Positions 51,518 through 63,414 of a stretch of 64,000 nt of DNA are shown here, in pieces. Every line of letters begins with the position of its first letter. Position 1 is the stretch's first letter. Origin of the DNA: Mobula hypostoma (lineage: Eukaryota). The stretch lies in the NCBI RefSeq assembly GCF_963921235.1, contig NC_086108.1:50718001-50782000 (forward strand). The letters are read 5' to 3'. The translations under genes and the position numbers were made by a program. The notes beneath the pieces are model-generated. The model ran no database searches. It was not told the DNA's origin and saw only the letters and a list, made by a program, of their open reading frames with translations.

Positions 51518-52520
51518 TCAATGGCTTTGTCTCTTTATTTTCTGTTATCCCCACCCATACTGAATCTATTTCCTTTTGAACAGCTTTAGGCCATGCTTCA
51601 TTATTCGAGTTTTGTTGCTTCCTTTTCACTTCTGTCTTTCCTCTCTAAACTAAACCTGATAGTTTACCTTATACCTCAATCACTGGAGTAACTATTAGCC
51701 CATTTATTTTTGCATGTGCTGTTCATTCCATCAATGAGTTATGAATGCTTTTTTGTAATTAAATGCCTTTAGTTCTTATTTTGTTTCCATTTCTCTTTGA
51801 TTTGCTTTTGCTCACTGATACACTATTTCCGCTAATTTCCCATTACTTTCTGCTATGCTGTACTTACCATTAGCCAAATTATCACTTAACTAGCTTTAGC
51901 TTTCTGCTTAACTAGGTCACCTCCTGGCACTCATTCATTCTTGTTAGTATGAAGCTTTTTCTACATCTCAAGTGATCCAAATATGCATGAAACTAGTATT
52001 TGGCTTGAATGGAGCCCACGTCAGCTCTTCTTTCTCAGAACTGACACATTCTGCCCAGCGTATCTAAGAAATCTAGACAGCTTGATATCAAAAGTTAAAT
52101 TCCAAGTCATGCAAATTTGTGGCACAGAATGGATTGTTAGGTATGAACTGTGACATGGTTTCAGTATTGCCTCAAGCATATTAAATCACAATGAACAAAG
52201 GCAGGACCTACCACTGACATGCAATATGCTTTCAGCAAAATTTTATAGAATATCCCTCTGGTCTCAGGATATATTTAGTTCTATGAGTGAGTAAAATATT
52301 CCCACATTTGAAATGAAAGTAAGTTTTAGTCTGATGAAGCTGGGAAACTCAAAGTTATTGATCTAACCATGTTAAATATCCATAATCATCCTTTATTATA
52401 AAATATTAGGTGAATGAATGGAGACATCCAAAATGTTGACTGGATTTTTCAGTGGAATACTGACTGCACAGAATGGAACTGCTGACAAAACTAGAGCCAC
52501 AGCTACCACTTAGGTCTTAC

Positions 52521-52591
52521 CTCTGGAATTTCTAGCACTTTTGACCGGAAAGACAGACCAATTGCAACAGGGCCATGTATATTCAGGGAAG
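52521..52591 (-). other. Candidate exon of an unidentified gene
   Basis: ttttgttacag| ... CCAGAG|gtaag; 71 nt; open as SLNIHGPVAIGLSFRSKVLEIPE. Confidence 0.3.
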
Positions 52592-53088
52592 CTGTAACAA
52601 AACCACCCTCAATACAAGAATGAAAAGAATGGCAAGCAAGTCAGATTATAGATCTGTAGATGGCTCTGAACCATTACAGCTTTACAGAAACTGTAAGACA
52701 GAAATAAAATCAGTACATCTCCAAACTTCCTTCACTGTAACGACCTTCTGAGATTTTAAAATAACCAGTACATCAACTTCTTAAAAAACAAAAAAGGCGA
52801 AAGACAATATGGGACAAGAATACTAAGTTGCTGTAGATGATATGCAATAAGTGAAGGGATCAAGAGATCGAAACAAAATCATATTGCCAATGTTAACAAA
52901 TTAAAGTTCCACTTTCGACTATATTCAGTTAGTTTGCCCCTTACAATTGTTGTTCGTTACTTGACAGGATGGGAGAATACTCTTGGTGTACTGGCCTTCT
53001 TACATCTGTTTCCAAACTATCTGCCTTATTCCAAAGCAGTTCTACATAATTACTAAGGCTATGATATTTTCAGATTCAGTTGTGTTAG

Positions 53089-53316
53089 TGTGGTAAACCA
53101 TGTATATATGTTGTAACTCGGTTACCTGTCTGGACACGCCCCTCTGCTGACTGCCCCGTGGCTCCTCCCACAGAGTCCTGTATAAAGGTGTTCGCCTTGC
53201 CCCTCCCCCTCAGTCCGGGGGCAGACACTCACTGTGGAGGTCGTATTGTACAGCGAATAAAAGCCTTTCAGTATTTTACCAAACCTCAGTCTTTTGGAGT
53301 AATTGAAGGTGCTTCA
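53089..53316 (+). mobile_element. Short solo LTR (228 bp)
   Basis: TG...CA, TATAAA, AATAAA, 5-bp TSD GTTAG. Confidence 0.88.
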
Positions 53317-54179
53317 GTTAGTAAATGATTAAAACTGTTACTTCTGTTTCTATATGCCTATGAATCAAAAAAAGTTAGAAATTAGTGGCAACATCACCTC
53401 ACTAATTGTGATATAAACTGTTTTAACATTTGAAAGAAAACCTTCAACATTCAGCTGCAACACTGATCTGAGTTGAACCTTTGCTTGCTGAGCAAGCATG
53501 ATTTCCAAATGTGTTCATTTCCTGAATTAGGTTCAATGACATTTGTTACTAATAACAAAGTTAAATAAATTGAACTGCTAATAATTTGTTCATAATTGTA
53601 CCCGAAATGAATTTATATCTTCATTATTTATACCAGACAATTTGCCTTTGATCATGATATAAAGTCCCACGCCTGTGGGTTCTGGAACTTTAAGCTTTAG
53701 GTAAGAAAATGTGATGACAAATGCTCACTGACAATGATGTAAGCTCCTAATCTAAATATTTGTGACATAGAAGATGACTGATGTACACTTACTTTCATTT
53801 AGAGTAGCTATACAAATAATTGGAATGTAATCCACTTTTCCAAGACCAGTCCCAGAGCTATTTGTGCATAAACAGATGGTTCACGGTCAAAAGTTTCTAA
53901 AAGGAATCTGTAATTGTAGGTCGTCTGTATATTTTAGTTACTGACATTGCAAATATACCTCCCACAAACTAACGTTTGCATACCACTGTGAAAGAATGGT
54001 GAGTGAATGAGAGTGTGTGTGCGTCTGCCTGTGTGGTAGAGGGGGAGGGAATTGTGTGACTGGAGCAGTGCCCTGGGCTTACCAATCATAACTAAATGCA
54101 TTAATAATGCACATATCAAGAATATGTCTACTAAAGATGCTCCTCATAAAGAGTCATGTTTACATTCCTGAATGATTGT

Positions 54180-54420
54180 GCGAGAGAACGTGGGTAGAGA
54201 AATGGAGAACGTGTGAAGAGGGACAGAACAGAGAGTAAGGAGACAGTGAGAGAAGAGAAGGGAGTAAGAAAGAGGGGGGAGAATGCGAAGGAGGGTGGGT
54301 GAGAGAAGAGCAAGAAGCAGGGTGGGGGGGGCGCGAGAGAGGGGGAGAGGTGAGAGAGTAGCGAAGCGGGAGAGGAAGGTCAGAGAGGGGAGGGCCAGAG
54401 TGGGCAGCAGGCAAAGGGAT
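54180..54420. repeat. Purine-rich low-complexity tract
   Basis: GA-rich run. Confidence 0.8.
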
Positions 54421-54567
54421 CAGAGACAGAATCACGTTTATTATCACTGACATATGCTGTGAATTTTGTTGTTTTGTGGGAGAAGTGTAAAGTAATACAT
54501 AAATACCATATAAACTGCAATCAGAAATTATATATATACACACACTCGGTGGCCACTTTGTTAGGTA

Positions 54568-55449
54568 CAGTGCCTATAAAAAGCATTTCCCCCTTTGGAA
54601 GATTTTATGTTTTATTGTTTTACAACATAGAGTTTAATTTGTGCTCTTTTGACACTGATCAACAGGAAAAGACTTTCGTAATTTTCTTTTCTCAACAGTG
54701 GCTTTCTCTTTGCCACTCTCCCCTAAAGCTGCGACTGGTGAAGCACCCAGGCAACAGTTGTTGTATACGCAGTCTCTCCCATCTCAGTTACTGAAGCTTG
54801 TAACTCCTCCAGAGTTGTCACAGGTCTCTTGGCGGCCTCCCTTACTAGCCCCTTCTTGCTTGGTCACTCAGTTTTTGAGGACAGCCTGCTCTAGGCAGAT
54901 TTACAGCTGTGCCATGCTCTTTCCAGTTCTTGATGATTGACTTATCTGTACGCCAAGGGATATTCATTGACTTGCAAATTTTCCTGTATCCATCTCCTGA
55001 CTTATGCTTTTCAATAACCTTTTTATGGGGTTGCTTGGAGTGTTCTTTTGTCTTCATGGTGTAGTTTTTTCTAGGATACTGACTCACCAGCAGTTGGACC
55101 TTCCAGATACAGGTGCATTTTTACCACAATCAATTGAAATACCTTGACCACACACAGAGGATCTACATTTAACTAATTATGTGACTTCTAAAACCAGTTG
55201 GCTGCACCAGTGATGATTTGGTGTGTCATATTAAAGGGGGTGAATACTTATGCTGATCAATTGTTTTGTATTTTAAATTTGTAATTAACTTAGATCACTC
55301 TGTAGAGATCTGTTTTCACTTTGACATAAAAGAGTCTTTTTTCTGTTGATCAGTGTCAAAAGAGCCAAATTAAATCAACTGTGATTCAATGGTGTAGAAC
55401 AATAAAACAAGAAAATTTTGGGGGGGGGGGGTACTTTTTATAGGCACTG
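54568..55449 (-). mobile_element. Internally deleted Tc1 (same family as 3334)
   Basis: TIR CAGTGCCTATAAAAAG at both ends, TA TSD; MKTKEHSKQ..HKSGDGYRKI..NLPRAGCPQKLS. Confidence 0.92.
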
Positions 55450-55662
55450 TATCTCCTGTACCTAATAAAGTGGCTATTGAGTGTATGTTCGTGGTCTTCT
55501 GCTGCTGTAGTCCATAGCCCATCAGCTTCAAGGTCCTCCGTGTTCTGCTCTTCTGCACACCACAGTCGTAATGCGTGATTACTTGACTTACTGTCAGTTT
55601 GATCCAGGTTAGCCATTCTCTTCTGACCTCTCTCATTAACAAGACTGTTATGCCATTGAACT

Positions 55663-56707
55663 CAAAAAACAGGAATTCTGCAGATACTGGAAATTCAAGC
55701 AACACACATAAAAGTTGCTGGTGAACGCAGTAGGCCAGGCAGCATCTCTAGGAAGAGGTGCAGTCGACGGTTCAGGCCGAGACCCTTCGTCAGGACTAAC
55801 TGAAGGAAGAGTGAGTAAGGGATTTGAAAGTGGGAGGGGGAGGGGGAGATCCAAAATGATAGGAGAAGACAGGAGGGGGAGGGATGAAGCCAAGAGCTGG
55901 ACAGGTGATAGGCAAAAGGGATACGAGAGGATCATGGGACAGGAGGTCTGGGAAGAAAGATAAGCGGGGGGGGGACCCAGAGGATGGGCAAGAGGTATAT
56001 TCAGAGAGACAGAGGGAGAAAAAGGAGATTGAAAGAAAGAATGTGTGTATAAAAATAAGTAACAGATGGGGTACGAGGGGGAGGTGGGGCATTAGCGGAA
56101 GTTAGAGAAGTCGATGTTCATGCCATCAGGTTGGAGGCTATCCAGACAGAGACATGTCAGAATGGGAATGGGATGTGGAATTAAAATGTGTGACCACTGG
56201 GAGATCCTGCTTTCTCTGGCAGACAGAGCGTAGATGTTCAGAGAAGCGGTCTCCCAGTCTGCGTCGGGTCTCGCCAATATATAAAAGGCCACATCGGGAG
56301 CACCGGATGCAGTATATCACCCCAGCCGACTCACAGATGAAGTGTTCGCGGTATATCACCCCAGTCGACTCACAGGTGAAGTGTTTTTCTCCCTCTGTCC
56401 CTCTGAATATACCCCTTGCCCATCCTCTGGGTCCCCCCCCCCACTTGTCTTTCTTCCTGGACCTCCTGTCCCATGATCCTCTCGTATCCCTTTTGCCTAT
56501 CACCTGTCCAGCTCTCGGCTCTATCCCTCCCCCTCCTGTTTTCTCCTATCATTTTGGATCTCCCCCTCCCCCTCCAACTTTCAAATCCCTTACTCACTCT
56601 TCCTTCAGTTAGTCCTGACGAAGGGTCTCGGCCTGAAACGTCGACTGCACCTCTTCCTAGAGATGCTGCCTGGCCTGCTGCGTTCACCAGCAACTTTTAT
56701 GTGTGAC
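55663..56707. mobile_element. Fold-back Penelope element with inverted termini
   Basis: About 320-bp inverted repeat; 11-bp TSD GCCATTGAACT (55652-55662, 56708-56718). Confidence 0.92.
56611..56646 (+). ncRNA. Minimal type I hammerhead ribozyme (best copy)
   Basis: Stem I AGTC/GACT; CTGACGA; stem II AGG/CCT; GAAAC; GTC cleavage triplet. Confidence 0.75.
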
Positions 56708-56924
56708 GCCATTGAACTGCTGCTCACTGGATTTGTTTTTGCTTTTTGCTCCATTCTTTGTAAACTCCATTGAATTGTGCCAGAAATTCCCAGGAGATCA
56801 GCAGTTTCCAAGATACTCCAACCACCCCGTCTGGCAACAACAATCATTCCACGGTCAAAGTCACCTAGGTCACATTTCTTTTCTATTCTGACATTTGGTC
56901 TGAACAACAACTGAACCTCTTGAG

Positions 56925-57520
56925 CATGTTGGAGTTGGAGGAAATGAGGTGGTGGACATCCTAGCCGAGAAATCACTTAAAATTAAGGATGTAAATGTAG
57001 CGATGGCTTTGCATAAAGGGGAGGTGAAAGCCAAGATTAAAAACTCTATTCAATCACTGTAGCAATTAAGTTCTGGGACCTCAAATGGCAGAGGGGTATA
57101 AAAGGAGAGAAGTGGTTACAATTACACGTGTACGTATTGGACATATTAGGTTGAATAATTCCTTACGCAGAATTAATATGCATGATAGGGGTATTTGTAG
57201 GGAGTTCTCTCGACAAGAAACAATGCAGCATACTGTATGTTGTTTGACTGCAGCTCCTGTGAGGTGCAAAGGAAACATCTAATTGCTAAAGTGAGATAAC
57301 CGTACAGACGCAGTTTAGCATGGAAAGTTTGTTAGGATATCACTGCATTTGGCTTTCTGAAAAGCATTAGACCTTTTGGCATCATTTGAGTTGTTCTGGG
57401 GGGACAGGAGGAATTTAGTGGGTATACGTCCTATCTTTTTGCTCCACACTCCAACTCAACAGATGGCAGCAATGCTCCTAATGTTGGCCTGCCAAGCACC
57501 ATTAAGATTTACAAGAAGAA
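56925..57520 (+). mobile_element. Nimb/I-clade LINE 3' fragment (RNase H end and zinc knuckle)
   Basis: HVGVGGNEVVDILA; RREVVTITRVRIGH..GIC..QETMQH; AAG-repeat tail. Confidence 0.7.
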
Positions 57521-58029
57521 AATAGTGAGGTAATGCTCACGAAATGCTAGAGGATCTCAGCAGGTCAGGCAGCATCTATGGAAATAAATAAATAGTCGAT
57601 GTTTTGGGCCGAGACCCTTCTTTAAGACTGGCAAGGAAGGGGAAAATTCCCAGAATAAAAGGTTGGGGGGAGGGGAGGAGAATGAGCTGAAAGGTGATAG
57701 GTGAAGCCAGGTTAGGTGGGAAAGGTAAAGGGCTGGAGAGGAAGGAATCTGATAGGAGAGAGGAGTGGACCATAGGAGAAAGGGAAGAAAGGAAGGTGAT
57801 AGACAGTTGAGAAGATGAGGTAATTGGCTAATGTGGGGAAAAGACAAAGAGGGAAGGGGGAGGGTTTTTTTTAATCCAGAAGGAGAAATCGATGTCTATG
57901 CCATCAGGTTCGAGGCTACCTACACAGAATAAGAGTTGTCGTTCATCCACCCTGAAAGTGGCCTCATCGTGGCAAAAGAAGAAGCCAGCGGCTGACATGT
58001 TGGAATAACAACGGAGATGGGAATTAGAA

Positions 58030-59880
58030 TCGCAATCAGAATCAGGTTTACTATCACCAGCATGTGACGTGAAATTTGTTAGCAGCAGCAGTTCAATGCA
58101 ATACATAAACTAGCAGAGAAAAAAAGGAAATAATAATAATAATAAATAAAATAAAAATAATAATAAATAAACAAGTAAATCAATTACAGTATTTGTATAT
58201 TGAATAGATTTTTAAAATGTGCAAAAGCAGAGATACTGTATATTAAAAAAAAGTGAGGTAGTGTCCAAAGATTCAATGTCCATTTAGGAATCGAATGGCA
58301 GAGGGGAAGAATCTGTTCCTGAATCGCTGAGTGTGTGCCTTCAGGCTTCTGTCCCTCCTATCTGATGGTAACAGTGAGAACAAGGTATGCCCTGAGTACT
58401 GGAGGCCCTTAATAATGGACTCCGCCTTTCTGAGACACCTCTCCCTGAAATGTCCTGGGTACTTTGTAGGCTAGTCCCAAAATGGAGCTGACTAGATTTA
58501 TAACCTTCTGCAGCTTCTTTCGGTCCTGAACAGTAGCCCCTCCATACCAGACAGTGATGCAGCCTGTCAGAATGCTCTCCACAGTACATCTATAGAAGTT
58601 TTTGAGTGTACATGTTGACATGCAAAATCTCTTCAAACTCTTAATAAAGTATAGCCACTGTCTTGCCTTCTTTATAACTACATCGATATGTTGGGACCAG
58701 GTTCGATCCTCAGAGATCTTGACACCCAGGAACTTGAAGCTGCTCACTCTCTCCACTTCTGATCCCTCTATGAGGATTGGTATGTGTTCCTTCTTCTTAC
58801 CCTTCCTGAAGTCCACAATCAGCTCTTTCATCTTACTTACGGTGAGAGCCAGGTTGTTGCTGTGGTACCACTCCACTAGTTGGCATATCTCACTCCTGTA
58901 TGCCCTTTTGTCACCACCTGAGATTCTACCAACAATGGTTATATCATCACTAAATTTATAGATGGTATTTGAGCTATGCCTAGCCACACAGTCATGTGTA
59001 TATAGAGTACAGAGCAGTGGGCTAAGCACACACCCCTGAGGTGCGCCAGTGTTGGTTGTCAGCGAGGAGGATATGTTATCATCAATCCGCACAGATTGTG
59101 GTCCTCCGGTTAGGAAGTTGAGGATCCAATTACAGAGGGAGGTACAGAGGCCCAGGTTCTGCAACTTCTCAATCAGGATAGTGGGAACGATGGTATTAAA
59201 TGCTGAGCTATAGTCGATGAACAGCATCCTGACATAAGTTTTTGTGTTGTCCAGGTGATCTAAAGCCGTGTGAAGAGCCATTGAGATTGCGTCTGTCGTT
59301 GACCTATTGTGGCAATAGGCAAATTGCAATGGGTCCAGGTCCTTGCTGAGGCAGGAGTTCAGTCTAGTCAAAACCACCTCTTAAAGTACTTCATCACTGT
59401 CGATGTGATTGCTACCGGGCGATAGTCATCAAGGCAGCTCACATTATTCTTCTTAGGCACTGGTATAATTTTTGCCTTTTTGAAGCAAGAGGGAACTTCT
59501 GCCCATAGCAGTGAGAGGTTGAAAATATCCTTGAATATTTCCGCTAGTTGGTCAGCACAGGTTTTCAGAGCTTTACCAGGTACTCCATCAGGACCTTCTG
59601 CCTTGCAAGGGTTCACTCTTTTTAAAGGCAACCTAACATCGGCCTCCAAGACAGAGATTTCAGGGTCACCAGGTGCAACAGGGATCTTCACAGCTGTAGT
59701 TGTGTTCTCTGTTTCAAAGCGGGTATAGAAGGCGTTGAGTTCATCTGGTAGTGAAGCATCGCTGCCATTCACGCTATTGGGTTTCGCTTTGCAGGATGTA
59801 ATGTCTTGCAGACCCTGTCAGAGCTGCCACGCATCCGATGTCACCTCCAACATCGTTCGAAATTGTCTCTTCACCCTTGA
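58030..59880 (-). mobile_element. Rex1/Babar LINE
   Basis: ORFs 59368-59772 and 58409-59377 with [28 protein letters not shown]. Confidence 0.95.
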
Positions 59881-60128
59881 AATTAAAATGGTTGGCCACT
59901 GGGAAATTTTTCGTCTGATGGATGGAGTGCAAGTGCTCAACAATGTGGTCCCCCAGTGTATGTCGGGTCTCGCCAATATAGAGGAGGTTGCATTGGGAGT
60001 TCCGGGATACAACAGACACCACCAACAGATTCACAGATGAAGTGTTGCCCCACTTTGGAGGACTATTTGGGGCCCTGAATGGAGGTGAGGGAGGAGGTAA
60101 ATGGGCAGGTATAGCTCTTTTGCCACTT

Positions 60129-61105
60129 AGATTAGATTATGAGGACACTCAGTCCTCATTTATTGTCATTTAGAAATGCATTAAAAATTGATACAACGTT
60201 CCTCCAGTATGATATCACAGAAACACAAGACAGACCAAGATTAAAACTGACAAAAACCACATAATTATAACATATAATTACAACAGTGCAAAGCAATACC
60301 GTAATTTGATAAGAGCAGACCATGGGCACGGTAAAAAAAAAGTCTCAAAGTCCCAAACATGGGGAATTCTGCAGATGCTGGAAATTCAAGCAACACACAT
60401 GAAAGTTACTGGTGAACGTAGCAGGCCAGGCAGCATCTCTAGGAAGAGGTACAGTTGACGTTTCGGGCCGAGACCCTTCGTCAGGACTAACGGAAAGAAG
60501 AGATAGTAAGAGATTTGAAAGTGAGAGGGGGAGGGGGAGATCCGAAATGATAGGAGAAGACAGGAGGGGGAGGGATGGAGCCAAGAGCTGGACAGTTAAT
60601 TGGCAAAAGGGATACGAGAGGATCATGGGACAGGAGGCCCAAGGAGAAAGAAAAGTGATGGGGGGGAATCAAAGTCCCGATAGCCCCAACATCTCACACA
60701 GACGGTAGAAGGAAGAAACTCTCCCTGCTATGAGCTTCCAGTGCCGCAAACTTGCCGATGCAGCACGTTGGAAGCACCCGACCACTCTGAATCCATCTGA
60801 AAACTTCGAGCCTCCAACCAGCCCTCCGACACCGAGCACTGAGCACCATCTCTGCCGAGCGCTTCGACTCTGCCCCGGCCACCAAGCAACAGGCAAAGCC
60901 GAGGATTTGGGGCCTTCCCCTCCGGAGATTTTGGATCACACAGTAGCGAAACAGGCGTTTCAGAAGTTTCACCAGATGTTCCTCCGTGCTCTCACGTCTG
61001 CCTCCATCAAATCAGAATTGTGCACGGCACCCTACTTGACAGATAACAAAGATTCATCACCGGAGAGGCCGTGCGCGCTGCATCGCACTGCCATCTTCTC
61101 CTCCC
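60129..61105 (-). mobile_element. Non-autonomous element with AAGATGGC 5' end and (TCTAA)n tail
   Basis: 7-bp TSD GCCACTT; partial second copy at about 38418-38660. Confidence 0.7.
60355..60668 (-). mobile_element. Penelope terminal fragment (hammerhead at 60453-60488)
   Basis: 10-bp TSD TCAAAGTCCC; core CTGACGA..GAAACGTC intact on minus. Confidence 0.88.
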
Positions 61106-61827
61106 GCCACTTGCAGGGATAAGTGCCAGAAGGGAGATTAATTGGGAGGGACGAATGGATAAGGGAATCATGGAGGGAGTGATCTCTGTGGAAAGCAAAG
61201 AGAGGGGTGAGATAAAGATGTGCTTGGCAGAAGTTGTGAAGAATGATTTGTTGGATGTGGAGGCTTGTGGGGGGGATGGAGAGGAGGGTGCATCGGGAGC
61301 ACCAGGATACAATAGACAACACCTGTGAGAACTCTATCCCTGTTAAGGCCACGGGAAGATGGGGTGAGCACAAATGTCTAGGAAATGCAAGAGATGTGGG
61401 TGAGGGCAGATTCAATGGTGGAAGAAGAGAGAACTCTCTGTTCTTTGAAGAAGGAGGACTCTCTGATGTACTGGAAAGGAAAGCCTCATCCTGGGAACAG
61501 ATGTGGCAGAGACAAAGGAACAGAGAGAAGGGAATAGCATTTTACAGGAAACGGTGGGAAGAGGTACAGTCAAGATAGCTGTGGGTATTGGTAGGTTTAT
61601 AAAATACGTCAGTTGACATTTCCAGAGATGGAGACAGAGAGATCAAGAAAGGAAAGAGATGTGTCAGGAATTGACCAAGAGAATTTAAGGGCAAGGTGGT
61701 AATTGGAGGCAAAGTTGATGAAATTGATGAAAATTACCAGGGAAGGCTTGGAACATTGATGGCTCTACTTAGCCAACAAAAAGGTAGGCATAACTGGGGC
61801 CCATGTGAATGCCCATGGCTACCCCTT

Positions 61828-62140
61828 GAGTGAGTGAGTGAGTGAGAGTGTGAGTGTGAGTGTGAGTGTGAGTGTGAGAGTGAGAGAGAGAGAGAGAGAG
61901 AGATGGAGGGAGAGAGAGGGAGAGGGAGAGGGAGAGGGAGAGGGAGAGGGAGAGGGAGAGGGAGAGGGAGAGGGAGAGGGAGAGGATCAGAAGGGAGGGA
62001 GAGGAGAGTGGGAGAGAGGGAGGACAGAGGAAGAGACGAGAGGTAGAGAGAGGCATGTGGGAGACAAAGGGTGAGAAGGAGAGAGGGGGAGAGGGAGGGA
62101 AGAGGGTGCGGAGACAGAGGGCAAAGGAAGGGGTAGTGGG
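61828..62140. repeat. Compound microsatellite (GAGT)n-(GTGAGT)n-(GA)n-(GGGAGA)n
   Basis: Direct reading. Confidence 0.95.
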
Positions 62141-62250
62141 TGGGGGATCTCTGAAGGAATCATTGTGAATTTTATAGTTAGTGAAAAAATATTATCAAAT
62201 GTTGATGAAAGGTAATGGAAAATGTAGGACAAATATCTCAGTTATCTTAC

Positions 62251-63093
62251 TGTCACAATGGGGGCGCTGGTAGCGGACCCAAATGCAAGACACAAACACC
62301 TCTTGCGGTTAACTTAAATTGAGTTTATTGCTAGTTACAAGGAGAGCAAAGCAGAAGCTGGGATAGCGTAACGGACAAGGACTCAGGCCTAGGACTAGCC
62401 AGGGACTAAGGGTCTGGGCTAGGACTCGGAATCACGGACCACCAGGGCCAGGACTTGAGACTTGGAGCTGCCGGGGCCGGGACTTGAGACTTGAAACCTC
62501 CAGAGCCAGGACTTGAGACTTGGAGCCTCCGGAGCCAGGGACTCTTCTTATTCACGGGACAGACTCAGGCACAGGACATAAAACATAGAGCCGGGAATCC
62601 TCCTTAGACACAGGATGGAGTCGGGACTCTTCTTGACACAGGGTCAGGACCCTTCCAGGGTACAGGGCCAGGACCCCTTTTAGACGCACGATATGGATAC
62701 AGAGACCACACAACGATGGACAGAACTATAACCAGGCTCAAGTACGCTCCAAGCCGCGGCGAGCTCTAGACTCTCCCCAGCAGGTTAACTTAGACTGACC
62801 CGTACTGCCAAGGGAAGGCGGCTTGCTGGCACTTGCTTCGGGAGGAGACTAGGCTTGCTCCGGCCAGGTGACGTTGGCTCGCAGTCCTTCAGTGACTTTG
62901 TTAATGCTCTCGCGCTGAACGGCTGAAAGCCAGAGATGTATAAACTGCCGGTTCAGCTGAGAGTAAATTGCCTCCAATCACCAAGCCCGAGGGACACGAG
63001 AAAACAGGGAACCAAAGGGAAGCAGGAAGTCAACGGTCCGGATCGTAACACAAACAAAGTAAATTTAAAAGGACCTCGATCCGGACCATGACA
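62251..63093 (-). mobile_element. Solo LTR with internal tandem repeats
   Basis: TGTCA...TGACA, 5-bp TSD CTTAC, AATAAA on minus. Confidence 0.88.
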
Positions 63094-63414
63094 CTTACTG
63101 GTTCATTGGGTTAGGTTGGTGCATGAAAAATATTTGTTCCTGTAAGAACATTGAAGCAACAAAATATTTTGCCTTGAGGGCTATTTGTCATACCAGATTG
63201 AACTCTGTGTTCTATTTTGTTCCCAGCTGAAATCCTGTAGAAATAAATGCTGCACTTTGTTAATTATTTTAATGTGTCAATACTATTAGAATCTTCTAGT
63301 TTCATATTTAATTATCAGTTGAGCACTGGGATAAAGGAAAACACATCATTGCATAAAGAATGTTATTATTTCAGAGGACCTGTCCTGGCCCCAGCACGTA
63401 AGTGCAATTATGAA

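Larger units (their letters stand above)
57535..61828 (-). mobile_element. Older Penelope-like element split by Rex1 and a non-autonomous element
   Basis: QGVAMGIHMGPSYAYLFVG (PLE RT) near 61770-61828; LLYIGETRHTLGDHIVEH. Confidence 0.8.

Noticed and set aside
55648..56706. Recurrent small ORFs (MLVNAAGQAASLGRG.., SPDEGSRPETST..) as a gene family
   Set aside because: Incidental frames across the non-coding Penelope terminal repeat
62440..62700. CRISPR-like repeat-spacer array
   Set aside because: No unique spacers or cas genes; lies inside a eukaryotic LTR
63375..63397. 23-nt micro-exon ttcag|..CAC|gtaagt
   Set aside because: Too short to distinguish from chance
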